Shown piece by piece: positions 8,242 through 15,950 of a DNA stretch of 54,217 nt. Origin of the DNA: a virus (Duplodnaviria; Caudoviricetes); the IMG/VR virus record IMGVR_UViG_3300039448_000022, positions 1 to 54,217 of that record. One strand, 5' to 3'. Position numbers and translations under genes: made by a program. The first letter of the stretch is position 1, and each line of letters opens with the position of its first letter. The notes under the pieces were generated by a model. That model searched no databases and was not told the DNA's origin. It saw only the letters and a program-made list of their open reading frames with translations.

Positions 8242-9633
8242 ATGATCGCATTCAATAACAACTCTGGGCAGTTATCACTACACCTACCGAAGAAGATACG
8301 TGTTGATAATTTCTCTGGCGGGGGTGGTGCAAGTACGGGGATTGAAATGGGGACTGGTGAGCCGGTGGATATTGCTGTTAATCACAATAACAAAGCGCTG
8401 GGTATGCACTGCATGAACCATCCTTATGCTCGACATTACAGCGAGTCGGTCTGGGATATTGACCCGGTTAAGGCATGCTCTGGGCGTGAGGTTGAAATTG
8501 CATGGTTCTCACCTGACTGCACTCACCACTCAAAAGCGAAAGGGAGCGCACCTAAAAGTAAGGACGTTCGTGGCTTGGCATGGGTTGCTGTTAATTGGAT
8601 GCTGAGGGTAAGACCTGAAATAGTTCCGCTTGAAAACGTTGAAGAGTTCAAGAAGTGGGGACCGCTTGATAGCTCTGGCAATGTGATCGATGAGCGTGTT
8701 GGTGAAACCTTTGAAGCTTTCGTGAAAATCATTACTACCGGGATTAATGAAGATCATCCAGGTTACTTGGAATGTCTTGAGTTCTTAAAAATAGACCTTG
8801 GTGCTCCTGATGCAAAGCGTTTGGCTCGTGGCCTTGGCTACATAACTGATTACAAAGAACTTAAAGCTTGTGATTTTGGCGCTCCGACAACGCGCAACCG
8901 ATTTTTCCAAGTTTCTCGCTGCGATGGATTTCCAGTTGCTTGGCCAGAGCCTACACATGGTGGCGGTTTATTACCTTATCGCACGGCGGCAGAATGTATT
9001 GATTGGAGCATACCAGTAAAGTCAATTTTTGACCGCCGTAAGCCTTTAGTTGAAAACACGTTGGTTCGTATAGCCCGTGGCATTAAGCGTTTTGTAGTTG
9101 AGACTGATAATCCATTTTTCGTGGAAACTCCGCCTCCAGGAATGTCACTAGATAACCGCGTGAAGGTGGCAGCGTTTATTGCAAAAAATTACGGTGGTAA
9201 TTACACCGGTCCCGGTTTGGACGTTCGCCAGCCATTAAGCACGATTACAACGGTTGATCATCATTCAATAGTTTATGCATTTTTTATTAAGTATTACTCC
9301 AAGGGAGGGCAGTGGGCATCGCTACATGACCCAATGCACACTATTCCCACTAAGGACCGGTTTGGCTTGGTTCTTATCAAGGTTGATGGTGAAACATATC
9401 AGATGGTTGATATTGCAACGAGGGGTATGCAGCCGAAAGAACTCTATAAGGCTCAAGGCTTTCCAGAAGGTTATATCCATGACAAATGGGTGGATCAAGA
9501 TGGCGTTGTTCGTCCTTTGTCAAAAGCTGATCAAGTTTATATGTGCGGGAATAGCGTCTCTCCTTTGGTTGCTAAGGCCGTAATACAGGCAAATATCAAT
9601 ATTAAAAAAACACGTTCTCGGAGTGCGGCATGA
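8242..9633 (+). CDS. DNA (cytosine-5) methyltransferase
   Basis: DNFSGGGG (motif I), SPDC (IV), ENV (VI), RNRFF (VIII), GNSV (X). Confidence 0.95.
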   Translation: MIAFNNNSGQLSLHLPKKIRVDNFSGGGGASTGIEMGTGEPVDIAVNHNNKALGMHCMNHPYARHYSESVWDIDPVKACSGREVEIAWFSPDCTHHSKAKGSAPKSKDVRGLAWVAVNWMLRVRPEIVPLENVEEFKKWGPLDSSGNVIDERVGETFEAFVKIITTGINEDHPGYLECLEFLKIDLGAPDAKRLARGLGYITDYKELKACDFGAPTTRNRFFQVSRCDGFPVAWPEPTHGGGLLPYRTAAECIDWSIPVKSIFDRRKPLVENTLVRIARGIKRFVVETDNPFFVETPPPGMSLDNRVKVAAFIAKNYGGNYTGPGLDVRQPLSTITTVDHHSIVYAFFIKYYSKGGQWASLHDPMHTIPTKDRFGLVLIKVDGETYQMVDIATRGMQPKELYKAQGFPEGYIHDKWVDQDGVVRPLSKADQVYMCGNSVSPLVAKAVIQANINIKKTRSRSAA

Positions 9634-10316
9634 TCAATATGAAATCACGAGTGTTGGAAGTCATTAAAGAGCTGAAAGAAACCAAGCTTGTAGGTCTCTC
9701 CATGGCGCTTGCAGTCAACATCAAAAATAAAGAGCTAAAACAGTCACTTGATGACCTTCTTCAAGAAGGTTTGATTACTTGCGACAACATGAATCGTTAT
9801 CGGTTAGCTCGTGTTGTTCCAAAGCCAGCGGTTATAAAAGCGCCGAAAAAAGTACCAGAGCCAAAGCCAGAGCCAAAGCCAAAGCCAGAGCCAAAGCCAG
9901 AGCCAAAGCCAGAGCCAGAGCCAGAGCCAGAGCCGGAGGTTCCATACGTCGCTGTAACGGAGCCACTAAAGAACACGTTGAATACGTTGAAAGATGGTTT
10001 TTCTTCTTCTGAAGCGACAAGTGAAACAGCGACTTTAGTGCCAGTGATTCCAGCAATAAAGTCAGACGATATTGAAATTCCAGTTTTTATTAAACCTAAA
10101 ACAGTGGTGCAAGTTATGCCTAAATTTGAAAGCTGCAATGACCTTGAAACAGTTATTCAGCGCATGGAACGCCGTTTGAATATGAGTGGCGTAGATCGTT
10201 ATGAAGATAAAGTGACGGTTCTTACACGCTTGGCGTCATCGAGTCCAGCGCCGGTTAGGCAGCTACTGGATGACATCGCGGAAGATCTTCGCGAGCGTGA
10301 GAACTCTCATGGATAA
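9630..10316 (+). CDS. hypothetical protein, N-terminal winged-helix-like region and Pro-Glu/Lys linker
   Basis: ATGA-coupled ORF with (PE/PK)n tract. Confidence 0.7.
   Translation: MINMKSRVLEVIKELKETKLVGLSMALAVNIKNKELKQSLDDLLQEGLITCDNMNRYRLARVVPKPAVIKAPKKVPEPKPEPKPKPEPKPEPKPEPEPEPEPEVPYVAVTEPLKNTLNTLKDGFSSSEATSETATLVPVIPAIKSDDIEIPVFIKPKTVVQVMPKFESCNDLETVIQRMERRLNMSGVDRYEDKVTVLTRLASSSPAPVRQLLDDIAEDLRERENSHG
9855..9938 (+). repeat. 6-bp coding microsatellite CCA(G/A)AG
   Basis: About 14 tandem units encoding PEPKPEPK... Confidence 0.9.
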
Positions 10317-10557
10317 AGTAATTGTTCCTCTGTTTTATTTTTCTCGGGTTCGTCGATCAGACCGTGCCGAGATAATTAGGCGGATGGCAGTTATACCTCA
10401 GGACAGGCAGCAAGAGGTCGCAAACGAGTATTCACGAATTTACAACAGGGTTCGTCAAGATTCTGGGATTTGGGAGGCGAGGGCAGAAGCAAATAAATAT
10501 CTTTCGTCTGTAGCTAATCCGTATCGAGACGAATTGAAAAAGATGAGGTCTGCGTAA
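10309..10557 (+). CDS. hypothetical phage protein
   Basis: MDKVIVPLFY start overlapping the upstream gene end; coupled to ninB. Confidence 0.65.
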   Translation: MDKVIVPLFYFSRVRRSDRAEIIRRMAVIPQDRQQEVANEYSRIYNRVRQDSGIWEARAEANKYLSSVANPYRDELKKMRSA

Positions 10558-11042
10558 TGGCAAAAGAAATTATTATTCGCCCCGACTCAAGCGCAGCGGA
10601 AAAGTTTTCTATCTTGAAAGGTTTGCTTATTGAAGGGCTTAAGGGCGGTCCTATTTCGGTTGTTATCAGTCGATTAAGCAAAACACGGGCACAAGAGAAA
10701 AAATTTAACGCAATGATTGTCGACATACAGAAACAGGTGTTGGTCTATGGCAAGTCGTTTGAATTTGATACTTGGAAGGCAAAGCTAGTCTTTCAGTTTG
10801 AACAAGAGCTTCACGGAATGGGACTGAAGCTGAGACATCCTGGTCGGATAACGACTTCAATAGATGGTCAGCACATGATTTCCATAAGGCCAAGTACGAA
10901 AAAATTCAGTATTGAAGAAGGCTCTATGTTTATTGAATTTTTGTACATGCAGGGTGTTGAAATGAATGTTAATTGGCCTGCTAAGCAAGTGCAGATTGCA
11001 GCTGCTGAACGACAGAGGCTTGAGAACCGGAGGGCAGCATGA
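10557..11042 (+). CDS. ninB: NinB/Orf-family recombination protein
   Basis: KTRAQEKKFNAMIVDIQKQV...WK...STKKFSIEEGSMFIEFLYMQGVEMNVNW. Confidence 0.8.
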   Translation: MAKEIIIRPDSSAAEKFSILKGLLIEGLKGGPISVVISRLSKTRAQEKKFNAMIVDIQKQVLVYGKSFEFDTWKAKLVFQFEQELHGMGLKLRHPGRITTSIDGQHMISIRPSTKKFSIEEGSMFIEFLYMQGVEMNVNWPAKQVQIAAAERQRLENRRAA

Positions 11043-11428
11043 CGTTACCAACAGAACTTGTCGGGGCATTTATATGTGCTGTGGTTGAGGTTGCTGTCTC
11101 ATGGAGCCTTGTTAAGGACACTATTTTGTATGCGGGGTCTTTTAAAAAAAGCACTGAAGATTATCAGGGTCGCTCACTTGATCCAGAACGACTTAGGTCT
11201 GCATTCGTTAATTATGAAACTTTACTTTCTGACTTTTCCTTTAGTCATGAGGAGAGGATTATTTTTTTGAAGATCGTTCCTGAGATTGAATGGTACCCCG
11301 AACATAGGGCTGCAATTATCGATAAGGTTAATGACTTGGTAACTCAGGAAAAGTGGAAGGGGGTGCCGACTGAAACATTATTCCGTGCAGCTTTCAATGA
11401 ACTCGTTGAAGGCGGAACTATTCAATGA
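11039..11428 (+). CDS. hypothetical protein
   Basis: ATGA-coupled 129 aa ORF. Confidence 0.65.
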   Translation: MTLPTELVGAFICAVVEVAVSWSLVKDTILYAGSFKKSTEDYQGRSLDPERLRSAFVNYETLLSDFSFSHEERIIFLKIVPEIEWYPEHRAAIIDKVNDLVTQEKWKGVPTETLFRAAFNELVEGGTIQ

Positions 11429-11685
11429 AAGAACACGCAGAACTCACAGACATGCAGCGCAATGTGTATGACTTCATGGTGCGAGGTTTGATAGCAGATC
11501 AGCGAATTCCGACGATTCAGGATATTCAAGCTAGGTTTGGTTTTGCTTCGGGTAATGCAGCTTCAGCACATTTAAAAGCACTGGTTAAAAAAGGCTATCT
11601 AGTATCTAGGAAGAAGGGCGGGCGCTCACCCTACAAAATAGCCGGTGCAATCATTAACGTCAGCATAAACGGGAATTCAATATGA
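11425..11685 (+). CDS. LexA-like DNA-binding-domain-only protein
   Basis: LTDMQRNVYDF...PTIQDIQARFGFASGNAASAHLKALVKKGYL. Confidence 0.85.
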   Translation: MKEHAELTDMQRNVYDFMVRGLIADQRIPTIQDIQARFGFASGNAASAHLKALVKKGYLVSRKKGGRSPYKIAGAIINVSINGNSI

Positions 11686-12329
11686 GATCCATACAGACGA
11701 CTGTAAATGGCCGTCCTTCGACCATGGCAGTTAAAGAGCCATTTGTTCACAACCGAACGTTGATTGCCATTGATCCCGATAGCGAAAAGTCAGGCGTTGC
11801 ACTAATTAAGCAGGGCCACATTGAAAGCCTAACCTCGCAAGACCTCTTTGCGCTGATGGTGTCAGCAAGAGAGTGGAAGGAAAGCGGTTTTTTAGTGTTG
11901 CTTGAAGATATCGACAATAACAAGCCTACGTTCAAGAAAGGGCAAAAAGAGAAAGTATCAAATGCTATTTCGCGTTGCGTTGGACGTGCTCAGGACGCAG
12001 CTAGAAATATCCGAAAAATACTTGAACGTGAATCTGTTGAGTATGTGCTCGTTGAACCGCTGCGGATTCCTGAAAAACGCCGCGCTAAGGATGACGCCAC
12101 TTTCTTCAATGATTTAACAGGGTGGGAAGGGCGCACAAACCAAGACAAGCGTGATGCTGCACTGCTGGGGCTGTATGGCCTTCCAAATAACTACAAAACG
12201 TGTGATGTGAATCATGTTTTTACTGGTGGTGTATGCCGAACCTGTGCGATGCAAGAGAACAAGAAGCGCGCTCAAAAAGCCCGAAGAGATATGAAAAAGA
12301 AGAAAAAAGAGGCACTTAAGAATGCTTGA
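11682..12329 (+). CDS. RNase H-fold (RuvC-like) nuclease or resolvase candidate
   Basis: IAIDPDSEKSGVA, VLLED, NQDKRDAALL motifs; C-terminal Cys cluster. Confidence 0.65.
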   Translation: MRSIQTTVNGRPSTMAVKEPFVHNRTLIAIDPDSEKSGVALIKQGHIESLTSQDLFALMVSAREWKESGFLVLLEDIDNNKPTFKKGQKEKVSNAISRCVGRAQDAARNIRKILERESVEYVLVEPLRIPEKRRAKDDATFFNDLTGWEGRTNQDKRDAALLGLYGLPNNYKTCDVNHVFTGGVCRTCAMQENKKRAQKARRDMKKKKKEALKNA

Positions 12330-12585
12330 GGCTGCATATTCCGGCGCGACAGACTTGTTTATTTCACCAAGCAGTGTTCCTGCATTTGATTTTGATGATA
12401 CGGACGCTGTTCGTGTTGGCACGTTGAATCTAGGTGATGAATTCATCGCGATGTACACGGGTAAACATAAGGTTGTCGGGTTTACTTGTGGTCTGATTGA
12501 TGCCGAAGATTCAGAGGGGCGTGTCATGCACTTTGGCGCTACCGCTCCCGTTAAAATCATTAAAGAAGGCGTTCAGCATGATTGA
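12322..12585 (+). CDS. hypothetical protein
   Basis: Coupled 87 aa ORF with GAGG RBS. Confidence 0.6.
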   Translation: MLEAAYSGATDLFISPSSVPAFDFDDTDAVRVGTLNLGDEFIAMYTGKHKVVGFTCGLIDAEDSEGRVMHFGATAPVKIIKEGVQHD

Positions 12586-12877
12586 ACTAACTCAGATAGA
12601 AATTGATGAAGCTTTTAAAGAAATAAAGACTGAGTGGGATCGGAATGTTGAAGCCAGTGGACAGACGGATGCAATCTTTATAGCTCTGGACACGACTGGC
12701 TTTGCTTCTGCGTTTCTGCATTCGTACCAGGTTGCAAAAGAAGTAGCTGAAAGTCACGGACTGGTGATGCCTGAGCTTGTTAAGGGGTTGGAAGTAACAA
12801 TAAGTGAGTCTGAATGCAGCTTTGAATCTGTTCAGGACGCTGAAGTTTTGAGCACTAAGACTATTGATCAGGATTGA
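12578..12877 (+). CDS. hypothetical protein
   Basis: MIELTQIE start overlapping the previous gene end. Confidence 0.6.
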   Translation: MIELTQIEIDEAFKEIKTEWDRNVEASGQTDAIFIALDTTGFASAFLHSYQVAKEVAESHGLVMPELVKGLEVTISESECSFESVQDAEVLSTKTIDQD

Positions 12878-12888
12878 GTGGGATATTT

Positions 12889-13140
12889 ATGTCTTTGTTT
12901 CAATGTTCTGAATGTGGCTGTTGTGAGAATACAGCTCTTTGCAATTACTGGATGACTAAGAAGGATCATATTTGTTCTTTCTGTGATCCGGCGATTCAAA
13001 AATGGCACGGCCAGTTTGATCGGATTTTTCTGCCAAAAGGTGAGTTTAAAACTAACAACAAGGGAAACCTTGAACACATAAGCACTGGGTCTGAAGACTT
13101 TAGGGCTTATGAAATTTCACCAGGTGAGCGCGGTAATTAG
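12889..13140 (+). CDS. small Cys-rich phage protein
   Basis: MSLFQCSECGCCENTAL...CSFC...KWHGQF. Confidence 0.7.
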   Translation: MSLFQCSECGCCENTALCNYWMTKKDHICSFCDPAIQKWHGQFDRIFLPKGEFKTNNKGNLEHISTGSEDFRAYEISPGERGN

Positions 13141-13148
13141 GAGGATTT

Positions 13149-13676
13149 ATGGAGACGATTTATTGGAGTACTGAAGTAGCACATGCGGACAACTCAGAAA
13201 CCATGGTCGACTTCATGGAAAACGTCAACATGCTCGACATTACTCTTGTTGATGGCACCTACGCTGAGGGCGTTAATTGCAATGGGGAAGCTTACGGCAT
13301 TCATGTGAGTGGTGATGGTGACTGTTTTAACCACAAGGCTGAATTTGAATTATTGAACGTAAAAGAAGAGGTTGCTGTTATGAGAAATGCAGATTTTGGA
13401 CAGGCGCTTGAGCATCTTAAAGCCGGTATTGGCAATAAAGCTTGGAGAGCGGATTGGGAGGCTAAGGGTATGTGGATGCTTCTCACTCCGGGGCGGGTTA
13501 TCGAGTCCTGCAAGCCGGATAGCTTTTACGACAAATGTGGGTTTGAAGCTCCGGTTAATATCTCTGGCCACTTTGATATGAGAGCAGAGAACGGGTCAAT
13601 GATTGTTGGTTGCCAGCTACAGCACGACGACTTGCTTGCGGAAGATTGGTGCTTTGAAGTTTTAGATAACGCCTGA
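13149..13676 (+). CDS. DUF2829 / Tad2-like anti-defence sponge domain fused to an acidic N-terminal domain
   Basis: DFGQALEHLKAG..KAWRADW..KGMW...DLLAEDW from residue 78; internal ATG at 13380 with GAGG RBS. Confidence 0.75.
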   Translation: METIYWSTEVAHADNSETMVDFMENVNMLDITLVDGTYAEGVNCNGEAYGIHVSGDGDCFNHKAEFELLNVKEEVAVMRNADFGQALEHLKAGIGNKAWRADWEAKGMWMLLTPGRVIESCKPDSFYDKCGFEAPVNISGHFDMRAENGSMIVGCQLQHDDLLAEDWCFEVLDNA

Positions 13677-13748
13677 TTAAGCGTTTTAAGTTTGATTATC
13701 AACCGCCTTGGCAGAGCCTTGGCAAACTTAAGAAAGAGGTAGTGCGAA

Positions 13749-14384
13749 ATGTCCAGATCAGTAAACAAAGTCACATTAATAGGTACTCTCGGACGCGATC
13801 CGGAAGTCCGTTATATGCCGAATGGCAACGCAGTAGCAAATATCAGCCTTGCAACCGATGAAAGCTACATGGATAAGACAACGAACCAAAAAGTCGAGCA
13901 GGCGGAATGGCACCGCATTACCGTTTATGGTCGTTTGGCAGAAATATGCCAGCAGTATTTAAAGAAAGGCGCTCGTGCGTATTTTGAAGGTAAATTGCGC
14001 ACTCGTGAGTGGGAAAAAGACGGGGTTAAGCGTTACACGACTGAAATTGTCTGTAACGACATGATGATGCTGGATAGTAGACCGCAGAGCGGTGGACAGC
14101 AGGCCGGTGGTTATCAGCAAGCACCTCAACAGCAGGCGCCTCAGCAACCGGCCGGTGGTTATCAGCAGGGCGGTTATCAGCAACAAGCCCCACAACAAGC
14201 CCCACAGCCTAGACAAGCACCTCAACAGCAAGCACCTGTTCAGCAGCCGGCCGGTGGTTATCAGCAAGCACCTCAACAGCAGGCACAAGGCGGCTATCAG
14301 CAACCAGCACCTGTTCAGCGCCCTAATGTAATGCCGACACCTAGTAACCAGTTTGATGACTTTGATGACGATATCCCCTTTTAA
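13749..14384 (+). CDS. ssb: single-stranded DNA-binding protein
   Basis: [21 protein letters not shown]-rich linker, DFDDDIPF tail. Confidence 0.97.
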   Translation: MSRSVNKVTLIGTLGRDPEVRYMPNGNAVANISLATDESYMDKTTNQKVEQAEWHRITVYGRLAEICQQYLKKGARAYFEGKLRTREWEKDGVKRYTTEIVCNDMMMLDSRPQSGGQQAGGYQQAPQQQAPQQPAGGYQQGGYQQQAPQQAPQPRQAPQQQAPVQQPAGGYQQAPQQQAQGGYQQPAPVQRPNVMPTPSNQFDDFDDDIPF

Positions 14385-14446
14385 CCAAGGGGAGTTTGAA
14401 GGTTTGTATTTTTTGTTAGTGGTTATTGGTGGAGCAGGATGAAAAT

Positions 14447-15076
14447 ATGACTCATGGCATTCCGAATGATAAAGCATCGCTAAATCACGAAAAGGCGGAG
14501 CTAGCAAATATGATCGGCAGGCGCATGGAAGCCGCAAGAAGATTAAGTCATTTAACTCAGGACGTGGCGGCTCACCGTCTTGGTTATAACAATAGCTCTA
14601 AACTAAGCAAGATTGAAAAATCGTCAGACACTATGAGTGTGCCTAATTACATAATTTGTCGTGCGGCCAAGCTTTATGATGTGACAACTGATTATCTTTA
14701 TGGGCTATCGGATGATTGGGAACCCAGTACGCCTCGCGATGTAAATATGTTTATTGCTCAGCTTATGGAAAAGACCACAAAGCAGAACATACAAGCCATG
14801 GCACAATTGAGTAATAAGGTTCGACTGGTTACCGAATTGGTGGAACTCATAGGTTCTGAGACATTAGAAGTTAAGGAAGCTCTTGATAGCTTCTGTGCCA
14901 TGCACCCTGAAATTGAGGATATGAGGGCCAGCAGGCTTATTAGCAGTATCAATCGGGCATACCACTCAGGCAAGGAGGCCAATAACCGCCTAGCTAGATT
15001 TAAGAAAGAGTGTAGGGAGCACTCTGTAAGTGATGAGAACCAGCTAAAACTTGAATTAACTGAAGAACGAGGGTGA
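14447..15076 (+). CDS. XRE-family HTH regulator with coiled coil; candidate late activator
   Basis: LTQDVAAHRLGYNNSSKLSKIE HTH; immediately upstream of terS. Confidence 0.75.
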   Translation: MTHGIPNDKASLNHEKAELANMIGRRMEAARRLSHLTQDVAAHRLGYNNSSKLSKIEKSSDTMSVPNYIICRAAKLYDVTTDYLYGLSDDWEPSTPRDVNMFIAQLMEKTTKQNIQAMAQLSNKVRLVTELVELIGSETLEVKEALDSFCAMHPEIEDMRASRLISSINRAYHSGKEANNRLARFKKECREHSVSDENQLKLELTEERG

Positions 15077-15077
15077 T

Positions 15078-15950
15078 GTGAGCAATAAATCGATTACCCC
15101 TGAACAGTGGAAAGTAATTCAAGCTAAATGGGAGGGTGACCCACGCCCCGGTTATAAGTGGTTAGAGGAAGAACTTGAATTACCAGTTACGCGTCAAGCG
15201 ATTGGTAAGCGGTCACGTAAGGAAGAATGGAAGAAGGTTTCTGTACGCAAAGAAGAAGCGGAGTTTCGCAAAGAAAGAATCCGGGCAGGCGTCGGGAAAC
15301 CGGAAACCAAGGGAAACAACTCAGGTGGCAGTGGTAATGGCCCACCGACTGGTAAAAACTCAAACATACCAGGCACTGGCGATGATGATTCGAACCTTCC
15401 GATAACTGAAGAAGATGCCAATAACGTTGGTCGACCAACCAAGTACAGGTCTGAGTATGCACATCAAGCGTATAAGTTGTGTCTGCTTGGCTATACAGAT
15501 AAAGGCTTGGCAGATTTCTTCATGGTTGCTGAAAGCACGCTCAACTTATGGAAGAAAGAACACCCTGAATTTTCGGAGTCTTTGCGCTCGGGTAAGTGTA
15601 TAGCTGATGCTGAGGTTGCTAATTCGGTGTACGTGAGAGCGACTGGCTACACTCATGATGCGGTTCATGTGAGCGTGTTTATGGGGGATGTAACGTTAAC
15701 CGATATACAGAAGCACCATCCGCCTGACATCGCTGCCGCCAAAATGTGGCTATACAACCGACAGCCTCACCTTTGGAAAGCCAAGGTTGAAGTGGCTGAT
15801 GAAGTTGATGACAAGGATATCGTTACAGATGATGAGCTGGAGAGAATCTATCTTGAGTCTATGGAAAAATCCCGTCTTGCAGCCGAGAAGGTTATAGGTC
15901 GAGGCGAGCGCCTTGGTATTACCATAGAGCAAGTGTCTGATGCCGATTAA
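15078..15950 (+). CDS. terminase small subunit
   Basis: GRPTKY...AYKLCLLGYTDKGLADFF..ESTLNLWKKEHPEF; directly upstream of terL. Confidence 0.88.
   Translation: MSNKSITPEQWKVIQAKWEGDPRPGYKWLEEELELPVTRQAIGKRSRKEEWKKVSVRKEEAEFRKERIRAGVGKPETKGNNSGGSGNGPPTGKNSNIPGTGDDDSNLPITEEDANNVGRPTKYRSEYAHQAYKLCLLGYTDKGLADFFMVAESTLNLWKKEHPEFSESLRSGKCIADAEVANSVYVRATGYTHDAVHVSVFMGDVTLTDIQKHHPPDIAAAKMWLYNRQPHLWKAKVEVADEVDDKDIVTDDELERIYLESMEKSRLAAEKVIGRGERLGITIEQVSDAD

Noticed and set aside
9779-10138. Alternative-frame ORFs with ARAK, GSGF and ALAL repeats
   Set aside because: Shadows of the CCA(G/A)AG microsatellite
13377-13670. Tad2 domain as another attC-like cassette (GTTATG start, ATAAC near end)
   Set aside because: Only 5 bp complementarity, stop codon not in TAAC, and no convincing flanking site hairpin
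13959-14537. Antisense Leu/Arg-rich ORF and repeats in ssb
   Set aside because: Shadow of the ordinary Q/P/G SSB linker repeats
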